Below are positions 15,907-31,482 of a stretch of DNA of 64,000 bases, one piece after another. The notes under the pieces are model-generated. The model saw only the letters and a list, made by a program, of their open reading frames with translations, had not been told where the DNA came from and did not search any database. The translations under genes were made by a program, and so were the position numbers. Each line of letters starts with the position of its first letter. Position 1 is the stretch's first letter. The DNA comes from the human T2T-CHM13v2.0 reference genome, Homo sapiens: the NCBI RefSeq assembly GCF_009914755.1, contig NC_060938.1, one strand, 5' to 3'.

Positions 15907-18649
15907 TACCAGCAGGCATGGAGTCACTGCTATAAACCCAACCTCCACTGGTGCTCCTTCTGCAGCCAGAGGGCGGGACCTCCTCTCTGTTATATGGACA
16001 CATTGTATGCTAAGTATCAGGCAGCCTTGCCAAATGCTCCACAACCTGGAACTGGACACAGGGAGGCTTTCGGGCCCTGCCCACATTTCCAGGCCCTGAC
16101 ACTTCTATCAGGCAATTGCTGGGCCACCCCTTTTGGAGAACTCCATATCCTACCAGAAATCTATAGAGGCTTGTGGCTATTCTTATGCCTTCCCTCAGTT
16201 AGGTCCCACTTTCACTCTGCTTAGCATCCAATCCTCAGAAACTGAGGTTGAGAGTTGTGGCTGTATCCTACTTTCACTAAAGAAGGTGGGATTGTAAATT
16301 TTTTAATTTTCCATTCTTTTAAACTTTTATATGTCTTTTGGGAGGGGAATTGAACCAAAATACTTCTATTCTGTGATCCTTACTAGGAGTCTTGGTCCAG
16401 TTTTAGTTCCTGTGTCTCAAATCTGTGAAAGAGAGGGAGAGACAGATGGACAGAGAGAATGCAGGTGTCTAAATGTAAACCCATGCGTGTAGAGTTTTAA
16501 CATTAGCTACGCTTCTTCCTAAATTGACGTTGGGATGAAGCTCCAAGAAGGTACATAGAGCTCTTCTTAGAACTATAGAATTTCAGAAAAACATTTAAAA
16601 AATCTTGTTGTGGGAATAATATAATGATGCAAAATTCCTTTGAAAATTACTGTAAATATGCAGTGACATTAAATGTGCTTGAAAATTATATACTACTTAA
16701 TGACATAATTAATCTTTTATATCTGTTAACCGAGATGAATACAAAAATATGCTGTCTTCTTTATTCAAACACCTGAAAAGTCAAGTTTCTTGACAAGCCT
16801 TACAGGCTTGTTATCATCCGTGTGTGTGCTCAAAACTTCGTACCATCAGACAGCCCAGGGGAGTGCCAGCAGTTGCAGTGTAAGGACCGTTTTTATCTAG
16901 CTTATTCTGTGAAGCACATTAAATGTTTCTCATATATTTCAAAATCTTAAAAGCATTTGTGGATGACAGTGACTTTAACAATTCTGAGAGTAGAAAGTGC
17001 TCAGTGGTTTTGAGCATTGGGGGATTCAATCTAGGTTAGGGATCCCTTCTCCCCTCCTCCGCTCTCTCTTGTCCTTTCTTTGCCTCCCTAATCTTCCCTC
17101 CTCCTTTCTCTTTCTCTTCTCTCCTTTCCTTTCTCTTCTCTCATTCTCTTTCTCTCACATATACACATGTACTCCTACCCCTCTTTTTTCGAAGGTTTTA
17201 AATTCCATCCCTTGATGAATAATTTTAGTAATTGCCCAGTGATAGTGCTAATTAAATTAGACCTCCAGAGGGAAGGCTACTCTTGAGTCTAAATGGCCTT
17301 GTGAGTTTTCCTATCTCTACTTCTATTCTAGCAAACTTCTAGAAAGCCTCTGCCTTGCTTGTCTTTAGTTTTACTATCTTCTGCTTATTAAGTATTTATC
17401 TCTTACCCTGCTCCCCAAATATTATAAGCTCCTCAGGGCAGAAACTATGCCTTTTAAATGGATGCTATTCTAGTGACTACTCAGGAAATGTTTGTTGACA
17501 TATTTGACATGTTGAGTCTCCCAGGTCTATGGCTGCTAATGAGACATTGCTGGTCACTTCTTCCTCCTCTTGGGCAGCCCCCTTTAGGATAACTATATGC
17601 CAGACCTCTTTAGTATAACCATTTTGGTACAAAACATGTTGAAGCTTTATGTTCCATTCCACCTCAGAAGAACAGCAAGAAAACAAACAGAGTGACGTAC
17701 CATTTTCTCAAGAAACCATGGAGTGCAAAATAGCAGAAATCACCAGTGCCTGGCCTTATGCCTGCATGCTTTCTGAGCTTGGATTCCTGGTGCATAAATC
17801 ACTGCATGACTCTGGCTTCCCCATACTTGAGGTTGTGAAGGCACCAGGATGGGGAAAAACCCTGCAGGATTTTAATCTTACGTGCATCATCCATAGGCTT
17901 CTCCCCCTTCTTGCCACTACTGGCTCAGGACACACACATAGTTCAATGAAATAAAACATATTTGTTCCCTATCTTTCAAACAGTCTTTTCCAATCTAATG
18001 TATCAAAGACATTCAAAAGTTTGAGCAAAGGCTGTTCTTTCTCTGACTTTGTTTCATCATGGGCAAGTCTGCTAAGGAAAACAGCACATGCTAGCCAGAA
18101 GAACTTGAAAAAGTCCAAGATGTATAGATTTCTCATTTCTGTCCCCAAAATCTTTCTATTTATATTCTCTGAGTGTCAAAATGGATATGACTCAGCTGTG
18201 ATCCACCAAAAGATGAGGCAGCGTGTTAATTCAACCCTCACTCTCTCTATCAGCATATGGCAAGGTTTATGGCTGCCAAAAAATGCACAAGCTCTTGCCC
18301 CCAAATATGAATGAGCAAAACACCCTGTGCTTTATGAAACCAAAGGCTGCATCTCCACCAGCTTGCACTGGATATGCAGTCTTTCTGGGCCTGACCGGGC
18401 TGAAGGTACAAATGATGCACAGGATGAGGAGTTGGTCTTTCCCATGCGGGGTTTGTGCCATACTCTTCTCTCTGAAAGTCTGCCTTGCTGCAGCCTCCAT
18501 CCCCATCTTCCAAGAGAAATCGTACAAAAGATCTCTCTCCCCAAGTCCTTCTGAAGTAGTCTCTCCTTTAAAAAACAACCAGGACATTGTTTCCTGAGCA
18601 TTTGCCAGGAATGCCAGAACAAGGCTTATCTCCACCAATAGAGAAATAA

Positions 18650-19045
<396 letters not shown>

Positions 19046-20679
19046 TAACAGAGTAAGTTTTTCCTGGTGAGTGCTGGCCCCACTGGCAAGAGGCTTAATG
19101 GTAATTTTGTTGCCATCAGATGCTGAGATTAGCTCCTGAGCTTTGTCTCTTGAGGACTACCTGGGTCTGGGAGGTGAAGATGAGAACTGGCATGTGGTTG
19201 CGCTGAGAGTTGTTTGTACAGGGTTGCCATGATATGAAACTGGGGTTACACTGCCATTCAGTTTTTTCTCTCCTGTTTTCCCTGGACAGTCTGTAACGAA
19301 TCCATTGTTAGCAATGTGTGTGTTCAGTCGTTTAGTAAAATTCCAGCCTATTCTTGTGGTGCTGATGAAAACTGAGAGAGAGCAAGGGAATTTGGACTTC
19401 TGACTCATCTCTTTTAAGCACTTTGAAGGCTCTGTCTGCCTTGAATGGTGATGGCAGGTGAGGTCGAGAGCCAGCTTCTTCTTGGCTCTGGCAAGAAGTC
19501 ACGGAGCCCTATACCCTTAGAGTTTTATTCTTCAGATGTCTAAATTGTTTTTCTAAACTGCTTTAGCGAGAAACCCTGTGCAACTGATAGGGGGCGGAGG
19601 CATCTGTGTGCTTGAGAGCTCCTTGTTGTCGATGTTGGTGTCTAGAGAACCCACATCCCAGTCCATTCCCATCTGGCCCGAGATGAAGCAGCTCCTCAGA
19701 GCTGTTCCTTTTAAGTTCTTCCCCCACCTCCTACCTAATGCACTGTACTTGAAAACTTATTCAATGATATAATACTATAATGATCATTGAAATGCCTCAG
19801 GAGCCTGGAAATGGCTCAACTTTGATCAACTATTAATTTTTTTATTTGTTCAATGGACCCAGGAAGAAAGAGAGGGTCTGCTGCCATCCAGTTGACCACC
19901 AAAACCTCAGTGAATCTTGGCATAGATTTGCTCCCTGCCAAGAGAAGCTGGACTATTGCCTGAAGCAGCAAGAGATGAATGGTTCCTTCTGTAGGTCCTG
20001 GCATGAAAACATCTCATTGTTCTATCCTGGTCTGTAGGGGCTGCGACTGGGCCCCCCTCAGAGACCTCAAGCACACCAGCCTCCAGGAGAGTCGCCTGCC
20101 AGCTTCCCAAGTCTGAAGAGAACATTCCTCCCTCTTTCCTGATGTCATCAAAGCCAGTGGTTGGGTCTGGGTTGAGGAGTCTCGGTTTTTCCTCTTTTGT
20201 GACCTCAAAAATAAGTCCCCAGGTTTCCTAGTCCATGAGAAGAAGAGTGGAAGAAAAACCCCTGAAACAGAAGTGCAATTTTTTTTTTTTTTTTTACAAA
20301 CAATCAAATCTCCATGATCATAAAGTTATACAATGTTAAAGCTAGATGATCAAGTAGCCAAACCGCCTGGCTTTGCAGTTGAGGAAACTGAGGTCCAAAA
20401 GGATTAGGAGACATGCTTAAAGATTTGATACCTGCTAACACCTCATCAGAGACACCTTACAATATCAAATGTAATAGGGAAAAAGTGAGAAAAGAATACC
20501 TTCCTAAGTGACATCATCTCCCCAAGTGCTACTCATCTTTGTGCCCTCAGCAGTTAGCACAGAGAAGGCTCTGTAAATGCTTTCAATGAGTATGAAAAAG
20601 TACCTAGCACAAGACTGTCTTATGTTGTAATTTTGCGTTTACCCATAATTAGCTCAATAAATATGTATTAAATTATTAT

Positions 20680-20900
20680 GACAGCTAATGCTTCTTGCGT
20701 ATACTACATAGCATGTTACATACCAGGTATTTTGCATGTATTGTAGGTATTTGCATACCTGTGTTGTAGATAACATCACTATCTCCGTTTCACAAATAAG
20801 GAGGCAGAAGCGTCGAGAGGTTTGGTACTTACCACTGTCACAGAACTGACAGTGATGGAGTTAAGATTCAAGCTCAGGGTGACTGGCTGCAGAGCCCATT
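20680..20900 (-). mobile_element. MIR
   Basis: tctccgtttcacaaataaggaggcagaag...gattcaagctcaggg. Confidence 0.6.
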
Positions 20901-21255
20901 CTTAGCTTCTACACTGTCTTGCAGAAATTAGTTGTATGCCTAGCACTGTGCTGGAGTTGTAGAAGATAGTCAGTTTTCTTAAGAAGTTTACATTTTCTGG
21001 GAAAAACATGATCTGCATCGCAGCAGAGCTTTGAGCTGGGGCAGTGGTAGAAGGAACCAGAGGAGTGACCGCGATGGTTTTCCCTGTGTTCTGGCTTCTC
21101 CTTTTCATCTTTGGGAAAATTTACCCTATGAATACTGAGAAAGTAGAGATAAGCTTGAAGATTCATAAGAGACTGCTGCTGCCCAAGAGTATATGAGGGA
21201 GCAAAGAAGGAAAATACATTGGCCCCAGAGGAGGGTAGTCCTTCTCTCTTGTGTA

Positions 21256-21256
<1 letters not shown>

Positions 21257-21302
<46 letters not shown>
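21257..21302. repeat. (AC)23 microsatellite
   Basis: Perfect AC run. Confidence 0.98.
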
Positions 21303-21307
<5 letters not shown>

Positions 21308-22719
21308 TTGAGGTTGCCTGTATTGGGTTCTGGATTTCATAGTTTTCTAAGTCAGTCACACGTCCAGAGAAAGATGAGTTGGATGATTTGGAAACAAGAC
21401 AATATGGTTGTCATTTTAGTTATTCTTTCAGAAGTAATTTAGTGAATGTCCATCATGTAGCCACTAGTACTCCAGACCTTGTGAATATTGGCAATGATCA
21501 ATAAGAAATGGTCTTTGCCCTCAAGGTACTCTTGTGCATCACTAGTGAAGTTTACAGTGCAGTGAAATAAAACCTGTGATTGGGGTGAGGGCAGGTACTT
21601 TGCCAAATCCTGACCATATTAAAATGATTAGGGTGCAGTCATTTAAGGGGAAGACTGAAGCTCTTTTCCTTGGAGAAGACAGACATAGGAAGAAATGAGA
21701 GTTGACATCTTGGAGAGGAGATCCATCATGACGACCTAGGCTGTGAGCCTCTAGGTCCTGGGAGAGCTTGGGCAGGATGGGGATGGGCTTTGGTCACAGA
21801 TGTTGTACAGGAAATTCCACAATGGCTGTGAGGAAGTACTGAATGACCTCAAAGATTCTTGGAGACTTCAATACTTTATAATACTCTGTCCCGATATGAG
21901 TGGGCAAATGCAGGCAGAGGTGTAGGACTCACAAGGAATCCTTTACAGCTCCTAACTCCTTGCATTTCCATGGCATGGAGTAGAAAAGCGTAAATGAGCA
22001 GAGGGCCTGCAGGGGTGCGGGGAGCAACAGCAAGGCCACTCTGGGGTGCGGGGAGATGTGGAGGGACTTGTAAAATGGTGTTTGACCTTCTCAGGCTTAG
22101 AATTCTACTAGGTCCCTGATGCCCTTGGAAAACACATTGATTGAATTCTGGAAGAGCTTTATCAGCCTTGAAGCTCCCATTTAGCTTACCTGTGTGCTGC
22201 CTGCTCCACTCATGGGAATCAGTGTTCTTCTATACAGTCCAGTGCACAAGCCTGAACACCAGGAAGACGTCGTACTTATGGGATGCAGCTATCAGAGGCA
22301 TTCTATTGCCTGAACATACCATAGTATGTCCATGTGGACCTCTAGGCCTTTGCTCAGACTGCACCATCTGGAGCACCTCCCCTCAGGGCAGCAGTTACAA
22401 ATGTGCAGACTGTGCCTTATGTAAGGCCACCAAGCTGAAGAGTCTGGAAGAATTGGCGTCTCGCCTACAGCCCACACTCTGGGCACCTTGGGTGGAACTG
22501 TGTTGGATTTGAGGTAGAGCCTTTTCCTCATTTAAACAAAGGGATCCTACCACTGGCTGCAGTCCTGTCTCCTCACTCCCCAGCTGTCTCAATCCTACTC
22601 ACATCTGTTCCATTCCCCACCCCTCAACACCACCATCCATGCACGATTAATGCTCCTCCCTTAGCTTTCTCAAAGCACCTTACTTATAACTTTAAATCCC
22701 TATCATGGCCAAAATTATT

Positions 22720-23230
22720 TTCTTATTGCTTTGACGTCATATGATTCTAGCTTGGCAGTTATGTACTGTCTTGAAGATACTACTCCCCTGTCTTTTCTGG
22801 CTTAATGCTATCACAGAGAAGCTTGTATTGTTCTAATTGCTATTCCTTTGTAGGAAATGTGTCTTTTCTCTTTGGATACTTTTAAGATAATCTCTGTGTT
22901 TGGTGTTCACAGTCTCACCATGATGGATTGTTTGCAAATTTCCTTGTAGTTAATATATTTGGGATTTTTTGGAATTCCTAATGTTTGAGAAATCCTCAGT
23001 TATTATCTCTTTGAATATTATTTCTTGATCATTCTCTTTATCATCTCCTTCTGGATTTCCAATTATATAGATAGCATTCATTCTTACTGTATTCTCCATA
23101 TGTCTTTAACCATTATAGCAAATATTTCCATTGCTTTATCTGTCTGGGTTGCATTCTGGATAATTTATTTGCATTCATGTTCCAGTTCACTAATCTATAT
23201 TTAGGTGTGCATGTGTCTAATTCCATACAT
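22720..23230 (-). mobile_element. Old L1M/L1ME ORF1-region fragment
   Basis: T-rich ttcctttgtaggaaatgtgtcttttctctttggatacttttaagat... typical of antisense L1M; flanked by L2 pieces. Confidence 0.6.
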
Positions 23231-25444
23231 TAAAGTTGTAAGCTCCTTACAGTGAGGGACTGCATCTATTTCATCTTGGTTTCATGACTAGTACACAGCC
23301 GGTGATAAATAGTGTTTGCTGAAATGAATTTGTTGGCATGTCTGAGAAGCAATTGTTAAGCTGATCTTCCTGTGTAATCCGAGGTAGAAATATATGCTGA
23401 AATATAAGTTAGTTACCCATTGGCAAGGAAAGAGGGACCATGGTCATTTAGCGCTTACAGTAATGGCATATGGAACTGGTTGGCTTGTACTGCTCTGTCT
23501 GTAGTTCAAGGGCAGGTTAGGTCAGGCAGAAGCATGTGACACGTGTGTTCAAAAACCATGGCCAAGCCAGGGTCTCTCTTCTTCAAATAAAACTCCTAAA
23601 TACCATCCCACTTATGCAATAAAACTTGGGGCAGGAAATGAAACGTTTGAATTGGATACCTCCCCCAGCTCGTCGTGGGTATAATCTTGACATTCTCTCT
23701 CACTTAAAAATGCATGAAGGAAGGTTACCACCAAGGAAAAGGAGTTTGGTAAGCCTCAAAAAGCTTGTTCAGACTAGTCATGGTACCTCATCTCAGGCAC
23801 CAGGTAAATGGGACAAGGGTAGGCAAACAATGCCTGCAGTCTGCCTTTAGAAAAACCTGATGCTGCTTGTAATCATGCAGCCCATCATGTTTCATTAAAA
23901 TAGAGATTCATCTCTGCTGTTGTTACAGAGCAGATGTCTGACCCTCAGTTGCTGTACCCAGCTGCTGGTGGCCACAGTCATGCACAGGCAGGGTCACAGT
24001 CCAGAAAAGATATGCATGACTTCAGAGGGAGTTTCCTGGAGTGTTTTTGGCAAGAGGGAAAGGGATAGTGGGAAGGCCAAGCTCTCCCTGTGGCAGTCAG
24101 TGTCTGGCATTTAGCCATTCTTCAGTGGGAGGTTCTTCAGGAGAAACATGAAAATCAGTCTTCAGGGTAGTTCAACAAAAGAGCATGGTGGTGATTTTGA
24201 GATTCCACCCAATGAGAAAGGAATCTCAGTGCACAGTGGATTTTCCCATCACAGCTTATGGGATTATCAGGCTAATCTGCACCTTCTCTTGTCTGTCAGT
24301 GCTGCTGCAGAACAGTTCCAAAGCCACAAAGAAGGAGCTGGCCCACTGTTCCAGAGAAGGCCATCTGAAACAACAGGAGGCCCTGGAGTCCCTCTTTGGC
24401 AATTCTGAATTGAGTATGTTGGGTGGTATCTGTAGTGATCCCAAAGAGTGTCACCAAATTCTCTCAATTAAATTAATTTTAATTAACTTTATTATTAATA
24501 AAAAATTATCAAAAAGCATATAGTAGCAGTATCTGATAGAGCCAAACATTCAAGAGTGACTGTGGAAGCCTGGAAGTCAGGAAGCTTGGCTGAATTAAAT
24601 CCAATAAAACACAAACCCACAGCTGATGGTTCCTGGGTCCCACAGGAACCCCCCAGCTCTTGGGTCCACATAGGGGAACAGATGGCAGCACCAGTAGGTC
24701 ATACTCTGATTTCCTCTGCCTAGAAATCTGCTCCTTTATCACAGCTGGGGATTTCAGCTATTCCTGATGGCAGCGATTTCCATCTGGGCCTGTGGTGAAA
24801 AATAAACTTTTCCTGAACCATTAAAATTCATAAAGCTGTTAACAGTTAAGATGTAAAAAGCTCTTGAGATGTCTCCGTGCATGTGATTGTTGTCTGTTTA
24901 CTGTGAAAACAATCATACCTGTGGCAAAAATTCAATATACTTATAAAATTGAATCTCTCGTGTCAAGATCCTGTGACTTACTGCCACAGAGGTAAGAAGA
25001 AAATGAGATAGCAGTGAGGAAAGTGCTAGTTTGAAGATGATAATATCACTACCATCTTCTCTTAGAGCTCTTCAGGGAAAATGTAGGAAAGAAAATTTAA
25101 GATAAAATTCTTTGAGTTTCAAAAATTGAGGATAGGAATTACAGCATGAAAATTTAGATATTAGATAGAAATCTAGACAGAAAACCAGACCAGAATTTTT
25201 TGGGCAGTGTGGGTTTCTTGTTTACCCTAAACATTCTGGGGCAACCAAGTTGGTCTCTAAACCATCAGTTCACTATTTAAGGAAAAACAAATGCCTAGAA
25301 GCTCCTCCAAATGAAGCTCATTCAAAAGATTCTGCCAGCAGTTCCCCACCAGGGTCGAGGAGAGATGCAGGCTCCCAGTGAGATGTGGGCTAAGATGGTA
25401 ACAGGTGCTCTCTCATGAGGTCAGCTACCACACAAAATAGGAAT

Positions 25445-25616
25445 CTAACGTTTCCAGATATTTAGTTTTCTCAAGAGAATCTAGAATTTGGGATTTTTGT
25501 ATGAGATCTCATGATTTTTAAACATTGATATATAAAAAAATAAGAAGCCATCATTTGGGGCAAACAAACCATGACTATGGGCTAGATTTGACCTGCTGGC
25601 CATCAGCTTGCACCTC
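25445..25616 (+). mobile_element. MER103C-like DNA transposon fragment
   Basis: ttttctcaagagaatctagaatttgggatttttgtatgagatctcatgatttttaaa...ggcaaacaaacca...gggctagatttgacctg. Confidence 0.65.
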
Positions 25617-26047
25617 AAATAGATAGATAAATTCCACAAATGTTTGTTGAGGTCTGTTTTATGCCAGGCATTGTCCTAGATGCTATGGACACAGAGGCAA
25701 GGAGAATGCTGTGTGTACTCCTGTGAACTTGGCAGCCCAGAGGAAAAGACTGACCTGTAAGGAGATCATCTGAGTGCACTGTGGAGGGTGATTTGGGTAA
25801 CAGCTAACCCACCTGCAGAGTGGGCATGTCACAGAAGACCTCCTGCAGGTAATGACGTGGAGGAGTTGAGTCTTGAACCTCAGTTGAATCTTGAGGAATT
25901 TACCAGGTGACAAAGGGAGATGAGATAGAGATAGGACATGCCAGGAAAAGGTCACAGCAAGAGCTGAGGATAAGCAGTCTGGCCTGTGTAGATACCTACA
26001 TAAAGCTCAATGCATGACACAGGTGAGGCCAGGGATAGGTGGACCAT

Positions 26048-26771
<724 letters not shown>

Positions 26772-27137
26772 CCCGTGGAGGACTTTGACATATCAACTTG
26801 TTTGGGCTTTATCCCAAGCAATGGGATGCCCATGGAATGCTTTAAGCAGGGCAGAGATGGGGTGAGATTGGTGTTTTAAAACTATTCTTTCAGCAGTTGA
26901 ATACAGCATACATTGAAAAGGGATGAAAACTGACAGTAGAGAGAATACTCAGCAGGCTAGGGTAGCAAAACTGGCAAGAGATGATCAGAGCATGAGCGAG
27001 GGTTGGAAAGAAAAATGGGAATTTAATAACTATTTAGGAAATTAAATTAGCTGGACAGGCAGATGGAAGAAGAGGATGAAGGGGGCCGAGTCAAAGGTGA
27101 CTAAGGTTCTAGGCCCAATGATGAGTGGATGGTGGCT

Positions 27138-27244
27138 AGAGAGACCATCTCCATTTGCCTGGATTGTGACAGTTTTAAGATTGAGAGTCCCACATCCTCA
27201 GAAGCCCTTCAGTCCTGGGAAAATGGGAATGGTTGGTCACTCTA
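27138..27244. mobile_element. MER81 hAT-Blackjack MITE
   Basis: tagagagaccatc...tttgcctgga...cagtcctggga...ggttggtcactcta terminal inverted repeats. Confidence 0.75.
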
Positions 27245-29838
27245 GTGATGGTTTTCAAACTAACATGAGGAATAGTAGAAGAAGCTGTAAGTTTGGGATG
27301 TTGAGGAGATAATAAGTTTGATTTGGAGCATATTGACTGAGGTGCCAGTGGGCAACTAAGTTAGGATATCAAGAAGGCACTTGGAATGAGTCTATAGCTC
27401 AAGAACAGGAGGACTTTGACTTGGATAGAGTATATTTGGGAGCCACCAGCATAAACAGAAGTGGGTTAAGTCACCCAAGGAGTAGCATAAAAAGAGAAGT
27501 GAATCAAGAATTAAATGCTGCAGAATGAAACATTGGAAACTTCCATGTTTAAGGAGCATATCTAGAAAGAAGGGCCAGTGGAACAGGCTGAGATGGAACA
27601 GTCAGAGTGTAAGAAGGAAAGGCTGAAGACAGGGTGTTAGAAGGCATACGAGTAGAGTGTCTCAAAGCATGAGCAGTCATTAGGGTCAACGGCAAGGAAG
27701 ATGTCCAGTACTTTGAGGAGAGAAGACGATGTCTCATCATCGGTAATCTTTGCAGAAACCCTCTCAGTGGTTTGATTGTGGGAGCCAGGTTGCTTCCAGG
27801 GAGAACGGAATGTGACTTGAGAAAATGGAGACAGTGAGTTCAGTCTAATCATCTGAGAAGCTTGAGGAAAAGGGAACAAGAGAGATAAAGCAAGAACCTG
27901 ATGACCATGTAAAGTTAAGGGGCAGTAATTTAAGATGAGTGAGAACTGAACAAGCTTATAAACTGACAGGAAAAGCTGGTAAAAAAAAAAATAGAGAATT
28001 AAAGATGTGGTGCCCAAGAGAGGTGATTAATGCATCAGGGACCCTGGGGAGATAAAATGATAAGAGATGGATTCAAAACCAGAGAGGAGGATGTTGGCTT
28101 TGAGTCGGGGGCTGGCAGGGAGGACCCAACATACTCTGGGACTGTGGGAGGGAGGACAGGTTAGGGTGAGGTAGGGGAAGGAGCAAGAACAGCCTGAAAT
28201 GGGAAGCTGTGAAGCAAAGAGCTGTGGTTAATGTCAGGCGGAGAAGACTGAGAAATGAGGAGATATTGATGGAAATGGTGGACATGAAGACACCCTCAGC
28301 CGCTACTTTTAAGAAGAATGATAATAGTCCAAGATTCAGAGTACTTTAAGGTACAGTGGATATACAGTTTTTGGAAAACTTTAGTAAATAGATATTTTGG
28401 AAGTGACTGACTGCATGCTATTTGATTGAGGGGATTATCAAATTATTCTCTTTAGAATTGAAGGACCTAAGTGATTAGCTTTGTCTCACACATGCATGCA
28501 CACATACATACACGCATATGTGTGCACACACACAGACACACTCACCCCTTATATGTAAACAAGGTACAACCTGCTCAGACTCCAAAACAGGCATTAAAAT
28601 ACTAAAAGTATTGCTTTTAGACACAGTTAGGCTTGTTTTTAGACACAGTTAGTTTTTGCTAGGTGGGAGGCTGGTGTATAAATACAGAAAGGCAACGTCA
28701 AGCCATTTTTTTCCAATTAAAATTGTATACTCAGTTAGGTTGAGTTTAGAAATCACAGAGGAGCCATTCAAAGCCCACTGGAGACACATGCTTTAAGAGG
28801 AAATTACCAAAGGCGATGAAGCAGGGCTCTGCTCCGTGCCAGTCAGTGGGTGAAGCCACAGCAGCACAATGCCTACCAGAGAGAGCCGATGCCCCGCCAG
28901 CAGCCAGCAGGGAGGCCTCTATACGCTGCCTCCGTGAGTCATTCATTGAGAACAGCCTAATGCCTCCCTTGGCACAGGGAAATGCCATGGCATTTCATTA
29001 GCTCTGCTTATTTTGGTCAACAACTAGGAGCGGAGCCACGTACACAATGCTTTCCAGGGTATGTACTTTACCTTCTGGCTTTTAAAATGTTTTTAAACAT
29101 AACTTTGCTCTGGCATAAAAGCAATGTATGTCCTTTGTAAACATTTTGGTCAATGCAGAAAAAATAGAACAAAGACCAAATTACCACTTCAGTGTCAACC
29201 ACAGTTAACATTTTGGTGCATTTCCTTCTTGCCTTTCCTATGATGGGTTTCAGGATGAAGAGGACTGAGCTCTTCCCTCCTGAGAAGAGCAGATAATTCC
29301 AGGACAGGAAAAATTTCCTGGCAGATGAACCAAAATATCTGAGTTTGAATCACAGTCCCACCACTGCTTAGCCTATGGGTTTGGCAGCTGCCAACCTTCC
29401 TGAGGCTGCTTCCTGGTTTATGAGATGTTGGAATCTATTGTCAACCTCTAGTGCCTCTTCCAGCAGTCTGGTGTCATAGGCCTGTGATATTCTGCCTCCT
29501 CAGAAAGATGTGCTTTTGTTCACGAATTCTTCTTGAGCAGTTACAGCTCTTACTCCAAAACCCAGAGTCTTTGGAGCTGTGACTACAGGACTGCAAAGGA
29601 AGGGTCTTGGAATGATGTGATTACTCTCCATTCCCTTTGTTAGGTCCTATAATTAAAAAAAAAAATGAATGCACTGAATGAGGATGCATTTCAATGAAGA
29701 GCATATGTCAGAGGATCTAATGGCACAGGATTTATGATCATCCCATGAATTGAGCAAAGACAGTAGTTTGGTTCATTCTAGCGAATAATTAAATGTAAAG
29801 AATCAGGAGTTTTAAAAACCTGTTAAATAAACCTGGTT

Positions 29839-30143
29839 CAGAATTTCCCAAACTGTGTTCTCAGGACAAATAGGTAGTCTGTTGAGAGAGAGAGAGAGAG
29901 TGAGAGCGAGCCAGTGAGCAGTAGTCAAGTAAATTTAGAAAAGATGAGGTTAAATCAAGTGTAACAGTTTCTTTACTATAGGACTTCTTAGGACATTAAA
30001 TATACTTAAATGCACCGGGAATCCCAAGGGGGATATAGAGTATGCCTCCTAAGCTAACCTGATTATGAAACTATTTTGTCAAGGCATACTAATTCACATC
30101 CCAAGAATTTAATTTTCCATAGAACACAGTTTGAGCAATACTG
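29839..30143. mobile_element. hAT-Charlie MITE (Charlie4a-like)
   Basis: TIR-like ends cagaatttcccaaactgtgttc / gaacacagtttgagcaatactg. Confidence 0.65.
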
Positions 30144-30960
30144 TTCTAGCTCCTTCTAGCAGTTCCCAAGGAAGTGATTTTCTTAAGGCACCATTATGGA
30201 TCTTTCAATCATTATTCCTGACTGCTCTTGTCATTGTGGTGATATCTTGAGCTGAGTTTTTAAAGCCTATAAACTTCTTGACCTTGGATACTGTATTTAT
30301 GGGTTTTGTAAATTCTTGCATTTGTCGGGCAGTTTTTATTTCCTCAAATATATAGTTGTCAGTGTTAACCTGTCCCGGACACTGAAGCAGCATTTTTAGC
30401 TCTGAGTTTTGCCATCATCAGTCTGTGTGATCTTGGGTGAGTCGCTTAACTTCTTTTGGTAGAGTCAGGTGACCTGGGCTAGGGTCCAAGAGCAGGAGAA
30501 CACTGGGCAGAGAACAGCTTCAAACTCAGGGTTAATAGTCATAGAATTTAGGAAATTTGGAGGCAAAGCAAACGTCTGGGAATGAGAGGAGACAGCATAG
30601 AATTCTGGTATGGGGAGGAGGCAGTAAAGGGAGAGGTAAGGGAATTGGAACTCTCCATTGCCGAGGGCAGGCCTCCCTCTAAAAGCCAGATAGATGCAAA
30701 GATGGGGGAAGGTGAAGTTCAAGGTCAGCAGAGGCCTAGTCTTCAGGGGTAAGATTAAGGATTAAAATTTAGGAGAAGGTCTTGGACCTGTGCCTGATCT
30801 CCCTGTTATTTTCAGGCAGTGGGTGGGTGAAGCCTGCAGGATCAAAGGAGAGGAGCAGTTCCTTGCATCCAGACGCGGATAAAGTCTTAGGAAGCACTGG
30901 GCTTGAGGGGGCTCTGGGTGGGTGTTTGTTTCTGGCTGAATCATCATCCTGTGGGAATAT

Positions 30961-31482
30961 TTCTTTTTCTCTTTTTTTCTTTTAAATTTTTTTTATTATA
31001 CTTTAAGTTCTGGGATACATTCTGCAGAACTTGCAACATTGTTACATAGGTATACATGTGCCATGGTGGTTTGTTGCCCTTATCAACCCATCACCTACAT
31101 TAGGTATTTCTCATAATGCCATCCCTCCCCTAGCCCCTCGCCCCCTGACAGGCCCCAGTGTGTGATGTTCCCCTCCCTGTGTCCATGTGTTCTCGTTGTT
31201 CAACTCCCAATTATGAGTGAGAACATATGCTGTTTGGTTTTCTGTTCTTGTGTTAGTTTGCTGAGAATGATGGTTTCTAGCTTCATCCATGTCCCTGCAA
31301 AGGACATGAACTCATCCTTTTTTTACAGCTGCATAGTATTCCATGGTGTATATATGCCACATTTTCTTTATCCAGTCTATCATTGATGGGCATTTCTCTA
31401 ATGACCAGTGATGATGAACTTTTTTTTCATTTGTTTGTTGGCTGCATAAATGTCTTCTTCTGAGAAGTGTCTGTTCATATCC
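30961..31482 (-). mobile_element. L1PA7-like 3' fragment with an internal deletion
   Basis: ttattatactttaagttctgggatacat...gtgccatggtggtttg...; jumps at gcattt (about 31390) to an upstream ORF2 segment. Confidence 0.9.

Noticed and set aside
23900-24740. Possible ancient LTR fragments (also 15910-16390, 21640-21900, 35560-35860, 47460-47760)
   Set aside because: Repeat-like, but I could not assign family or boundaries reliably.
28611-28652. 22-bp-period micro-duplication (similar one at about 47524-47565)
   Set aside because: Ordinary slippage duplication with no sign of function.
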